Positions 58,947 through 64,000 of a stretch of DNA of 64,000 nucleotides are shown here, one piece after another. The number at the start of each line of letters is the position of its first letter. Position 1 is the first letter of the stretch. A program made the translations under genes and the position numbers. Location: NCBI GenBank assembly GCA_963778655.1, contig CAVZVA010000003.1, positions 800,001 through 864,000 of the forward strand, given 5' to 3'. This DNA comes from an uncultured delta proteobacterium. Its GTDB lineage: Bacteria > Myxococcota_A > Polyangia > Polyangiales > JAFGIB01. The notes beneath the pieces are model-generated. The model was not told where the DNA came from. It did no database searches and saw nothing but the letters and a program-made list of their open reading frames with translations.

Positions 58947-60269
58947 CTATCCCACGCAGGTGCGATAGATAGCGCGTACGGCTTGCTCGAAGTCGTCTTC
59001 CTTCACGCCGACGATGATGTTGAGCTCACCCGAGCCCTGGTCGATCATGCGGATATTGACCTGCGCCGAGGCGAGGGCGCTCATCACCCGAGCCGCCATC
59101 CCGGGAATGTGCATCATGCCCCGCCCCACGGTGGCGATCAGCGCAATCCCGTGCTCCACCTCGACCGCGTCGGGCTCACATTCGAGCTTGATCTCGCGCA
59201 CGACGCGGTCGAGCTTGCCCTCGAGCTCGCCGGTGCTCACCACCAAGCACACGGTGTCGATACCCGAGGGCATGTGCTCGAAGCTAATGCCCTGGCTCTC
59301 GAGCACCGCGAGGATACGACGACCGAAGCCGATCTCGGCGTTCATCAGCGTCTTCTCGATCGCAATGATCGAAAAGCCCTTGCGCCCTGCGACCCCCGTG
59401 ATCTCGCCGGTGTAGGGCAGCGTGCCGCCGCCGTTGCCGCGCACGATCATGGTTCCTGGATCGTCGGGGTCGTTGGTGTTGCGAATGTTGACCGGGATGC
59501 CGGATTCCCGCACCGGAAAGATGGCCTCGTCGTGCAGCACGGTCGCGCCCATGTACGCCAGCTCCCGGAGCTCGCGGTAGGTCAGGGTCTCGATCTTCTT
59601 GGGGTTGTCGACGATGCGTGGATCGGCCATCAGCAGGCCCGACACGTCGGTCCAGTTCTCGTACACGTCGGCGTGCACGCCGCGCGCCACGATCGCGCCT
59701 GTGATGTCGGAGCCCCCACGCGAGAAGGTCTTGACGCTGCCGTCTGGCCCGCGCCCGTAGAAACCGCTCACCACGCCCCGCTCGTGTCGGGCCAGGCGGG
59801 CTGCGACCGCGCGGTTGGTCTCCTCGGGCAGAAAGACCCCGCGCTCGTCGAACAACACGATCTCGGCGGGGTCGACAAAGTCGTAGCCGAGCAGGGCCGC
59901 CACGACATGTCCGTGGATGAACTCACCGCGGCTCGCACAGTAGTCTGGACCCGCGCCGCCGACGATATGGGCACGGATGTCGTCTAGAATCGCATCGATG
60001 TCGAGCCGCAGGCCCAGGTCGGAGACGATCTCGCGGTAACGCAGAGCGATACTGGCGAACACGTCGTCGAAGCCGAAGCCTCGCTTGGCATGCTCGTGGC
60101 ACAGATACAACAGATCGGTGACCTTGTGGTCCGTGGGGCTGCGCTTGCCGGGCGCGGACGGCACCACCCAGCGCCGCGCGGGGTCGGCCTCGACGATGCT
60201 CTGGACACGCCGCAGCTGCGCCGCGTCGGCCACGCTGGTCCCACCGAACTTGCACACCTTGAGGGTCAT
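58947..60269 (-). CDS. lysC: Aspartate kinase
   Basis: KFGGTSVAD, VPSAPGK, TFSRGGSDITG, WTDVSG..ADPR, ACT domains. Confidence 0.93.
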   Translation of the reverse strand: MTLKVCKFGGTSVADAAQLRRVQSIVEADPARRWVVPSAPGKRSPTDHKVTDLLYLCHEHAKRGFGFDDVFASIALRYREIVSDLGLRLDIDAILDDIRAHIVGGAGPDYCASRGEFIHGHVVAALLGYDFVDPAEIVLFDERGVFLPEETNRAVAARLARHERGVVSGFYGRGPDGSVKTFSRGGSDITGAIVARGVHADVYENWTDVSGLLMADPRIVDNPKKIETLTYRELRELAYMGATVLHDEAIFPVRESGIPVNIRNTNDPDDPGTMIVRGNGGGTLPYTGEITGVAGRKGFSIIAIEKTLMNAEIGFGRRILAVLESQGISFEHMPSGIDTVCLVVSTGELEGKLDRVVREIKLECEPDAVEVEHGIALIATVGRGMMHIPGMAARVMSALASAQVNIRMIDQGSGELNIIVGVKEDDFEQAVRAIYRTCVG

Positions 60270-60321
60270 GAGCTCGAACCGTAGCGTGCCACGCCTGCGG
60301 CCCGGGCACACGAGGTCTGGG

Positions 60322-60392
60322 ATTCACGAAACAGGAAGACGGGAACGCGGGAAGCAGGACGGGTGTGCCACTTCCCGTCTTCCTGTGAATTC
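60322..60392. repeat. REP-like inverted-repeat element, copy F
   Basis: attcacga-acaggaag-acgggaac-gcgggaag ... cttcccgt-cttcctgt-gaat. Confidence 0.8.
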
Positions 60393-60440
60393 TGAATCTC
60401 GCGTCCGCCGAAGCGCGCGTGCGCGAATGCTTTCTGCCCC

Positions 60441-60911
60441 TTAGACGAGCTCGATGAAGCTCATCGGGGCATTGTCGCCGCGACGATTGTTCTCTTTGAT
60501 GATGCGGGTGTAGCCGCCGCCCTTGCCCTGCTTGACGCGCTCCAGGTAGCGCGGGGCGATTTCCTCGAACAGCTTGTGGACGAGATTGATCTCCTCGACG
60601 CCGCCATCGGGCAGGGTGCGGGCGAGCTTGAGCGGCAGAAAGGCCGCGAGCTGCCGCTGGACGTGTAGGCGCCGCGCGACCACGCGGCCGCGCTCACCCT
60701 GCTTCAGCTTGGCCAGGTCCACCGTCAGGTCGTCGCCCAGGCGTAGCGCCTTGGTGATCAGGCGCTCGGCGATACGGCGCAGCTCCTTGGCCTTGGCGTC
60801 GGTCGTCTCGATGCGCTCGTGCAGCACCAAGTTGGCCGCCAGGTTGCGAAACATGGCGCGCCGGTGGGACGAGTTGCGCCCGAACTTTCGAAATGACTTG
60901 CGATGACGCAT
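60441..60911 (-). CDS. rplQ: 50S ribosomal protein L17 (with internal insertions)
   Basis: [44 protein letters not shown]. Confidence 0.96.
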   Translation of the reverse strand: MRHRKSFRKFGRNSSHRRAMFRNLAANLVLHERIETTDAKAKELRRIAERLITKALRLGDDLTVDLAKLKQGERGRVVARRLHVQRQLAAFLPLKLARTLPDGGVEEINLVHKLFEEIAPRYLERVKQGKGGGYTRIIKENNRRGDNAPMSFIELV

Positions 60912-60950
60912 GGCGGCTATCCGTTCTGGGCGGGCTCCCGCGGGGCAGGC

Positions 60951-61982
<1,032 letters not shown>

Positions 61983-62014
61983 GCTGGTTTCCTCCACGGA
62001 TGCCTGGGCTACGC

Positions 62015-62641
62015 TCAACGCGAGTAAAACTCGACGATCATCTGCTCTTCGATCGGAAGGGTGATGGCTTCGCGCATGGGCATCGTCTTCACCGTACCGA
62101 TCAAGTTATCGCGGTCGAGCTCGAGCCAGTCCGGTTGCTCGCGTCGCCCGGCCACTTCGAGCGCGGCGGCGATCCGGGCCAGCCCCTTGCTCTTGTCGTG
62201 AATCGTGATCTTGTCGCCCGGGCGCAGCACGAACGAAGGGATGTTGACCGTGCGGCCGTTGACCTTGACGTGCTTGTGGCGCACGAGCTGCCGAGCATCG
62301 GTGCGCGTGGCGCCGAAGCCCAGCCGATAGACCGCGCTGTCGAGGCGGCGCTCGAGCAGGCCGAGCAGGTTCTCGCCGGTGACGCCCTTCTGGTGGTCAG
62401 CCTTGTAGAAGTAGCCGCGGAACTGACGCTCCAGCAGGCCGTAGATGCGGCGCACCTTCTGCTTCTCGCGCATGCGCACGCCGAACTCCGTGACCTTGGA
62501 GCGGCGCTGGCCGTGCATGCCAGGCGGGTACGGGCGGCGGTCAAACGAGCATTTGTCGGTGTAGCAGCGCTCCCCCTTGAGGAAGAGCTTCATGTTCTCA
62601 CGCCTGCACAGCTTGCAAGCCGGACCGATGTAACGTGCCAT
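62015..62641 (-). CDS. rpsD: 30S ribosomal protein S4 (Cys/Zn-type)
   Basis: [34 protein letters not shown]. Confidence 0.98.
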   Translation of the reverse strand: MARYIGPACKLCRRENMKLFLKGERCYTDKCSFDRRPYPPGMHGQRRSKVTEFGVRMREKQKVRRIYGLLERQFRGYFYKADHQKGVTGENLLGLLERRLDSAVYRLGFGATRTDARQLVRHKHVKVNGRTVNIPSFVLRPGDKITIHDKSKGLARIAAALEVAGRREQPDWLELDRDNLIGTVKTMPMREAITLPIEEQMIVEFYSR

Positions 62642-62820
62642 GGGTTCTCTCTCTTACGAGGGGCGGCACGCGCCGCCCCTCCCCGTCGGAGTGAATCCGC
62701 CGGGGCCCCTCCCCACGCGAAGCGGGAGCTCTGCTCCCCTCTCGTCGCGGCGCGACGATTCACCCCTCGTTCGTGGTGGTGGAAGACCGTGGATCATCTC
62801 GTCTGCCTCTTAGAGTCCTG

Positions 62821-63243
<423 letters not shown>

Positions 63244-63277
63244 CGCTGTCTCCTAGCAGTCTCCGGAGCTCGGCGCC

Positions 63278-63646
63278 CTATCCACGCTTCGCCATCACGC
63301 CCTTGCGGGGGCCCTTGCGCGTGCGCGCGTTGGTGTGGGTGCGCTGCCCGCGCACGGGAAGCCCGCGGCGGTGGCGCAGGCCGCGGTAGCAACCCAGATC
63401 CATCAGACGCTTGATGTTCATCTGGATGTCGCGCCGCAGGTCGCCCTCGACCTTGTACGTGGAGTCGAGCACCTCGCGAATGCGCTTGACGTCGTTCTCG
63501 TCGAGGCTGTCGGTGATCTTGGTCGGAGCGAGCTCCGCCTTGACACAGATGGCCTTGGCGACCTTGGGGCCGACCCCGTAGATGCTCTGCAACGAGATCC
63601 AGAGATGCTTGCGACCGGGAAGGTCCACACCTGCGATGCGTGCCAT
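63278..63646 (-). CDS. rpsM: 30S ribosomal protein S13
   Basis: [36 protein letters not shown]. Confidence 0.98.
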   Translation of the reverse strand: MARIAGVDLPGRKHLWISLQSIYGVGPKVAKAICVKAELAPTKITDSLDENDVKRIREVLDSTYKVEGDLRRDIQMNIKRLMDLGCYRGLRHRRGLPVRGQRTHTNARTRKGPRKGVMAKRG

Positions 63647-63659
63647 GACTCCCTGACTC

Positions 63660-63773
63660 CTAGCCCTGCCGCTGCTTGTGGCGGGGGTTCTCGCACAGCA
63701 CGCGCACCACACCCTTGCGGCGCACGATCTTGCACTTGTCACATATCTTCTTAACGCTGGGCCGAACCTTCAT
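63660..63773 (-). CDS. rpmJ: 50S ribosomal protein L36
   Basis: Translated by hand, below the ORF-track cutoff: [37 protein letters not shown]. Confidence 0.97.
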   Translation of the reverse strand: MKVRPSVKKICDKCKIVRRKGVVRVLCENPRHKQRQG

Positions 63774-63794
63774 CGCGTCCTCTGCAGCGGCTCG

Positions 63795-64000
63795 TCAGGC
63801 GAGCCTGAGCTTGATCTTGCCTCGGGTGGGATCGAGCGGCGAAATCTCTACCAAGACCCGATCCCCTGGAATGACTCTGACTGTTGTTTGCCTCGCAACG
63901 CCTCCGATCGAGGCCGTGATCTTCTCTCCGCTGTTCAAGCTGACGCGATACAATCCCTGGGGTAGCGCTTCTTCCACGACGCCTTCGGCTTCGCGCCCCG
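63795..64000 (-). CDS. infA: Translation initiation factor IF-1, divergent (5' end outside the window)
   Basis: EGVVEEALPQGLYRV...RVIPGDRVLVEISPLDPTRGKI; canonical position upstream of rpmJ. Confidence 0.8.
   Translation of the reverse strand, partial: GREAEGVVEEALPQGLYRVSLNSGEKITASIGGVARQTTVRVIPGDRVLVEISPLDPTRGKIKLRLA

Noticed and set aside
14548..60392. Repeat family as a CRISPR array
   Set aside because: Copies are dispersed and inverted, with no regular repeat-spacer series and no cas genes

Overview
High-GC (about 70%) bacterial chromosome segment. The gene content points to Myxococcota, probably Polyangia (inference from Cys-rich lipoproteins, Ser/Thr kinase-TPR fusions and Glt-like genes). 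Housekeeping genes include rplU-rpmA, the alpha operon end (infA-rpmJ-rpsM-rpsK-rpsD-rpoA-rplQ), uvrC, zapA-ygfA, cysK, lysC, queD, bamD, phoH, punA-cdd and a Leu/Val dehydrogenase. The main accessory elements are: (1) a nine-gene, translationally coupled Glt/Nfs-like trans-envelope operon (27299-38730) in NfsA-H-like order, with two non-canonical members and no motor genes; (2) a roughly 2020-aa protein joining an EAD-like N-terminus, a kinase, TPR/coiled-coil repeats and a degenerate M48-like domain; (3) a C2+PDZ lipoprotein; (4) a TetR/Coq4-like divergon with tandem operators; (5) six copies of an intergenic inverted-repeat element built from 8-bp units. All three frameshifts found in otherwise intact genes are the same event, AGATC read as AGAATC, which suggests a motif-specific sequencing error and possibly a DNA modification at GATC. 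No tRNA, rRNA, CRISPR array or transposase was recognised. All family assignments come from reading motifs by eye, not from database searches.
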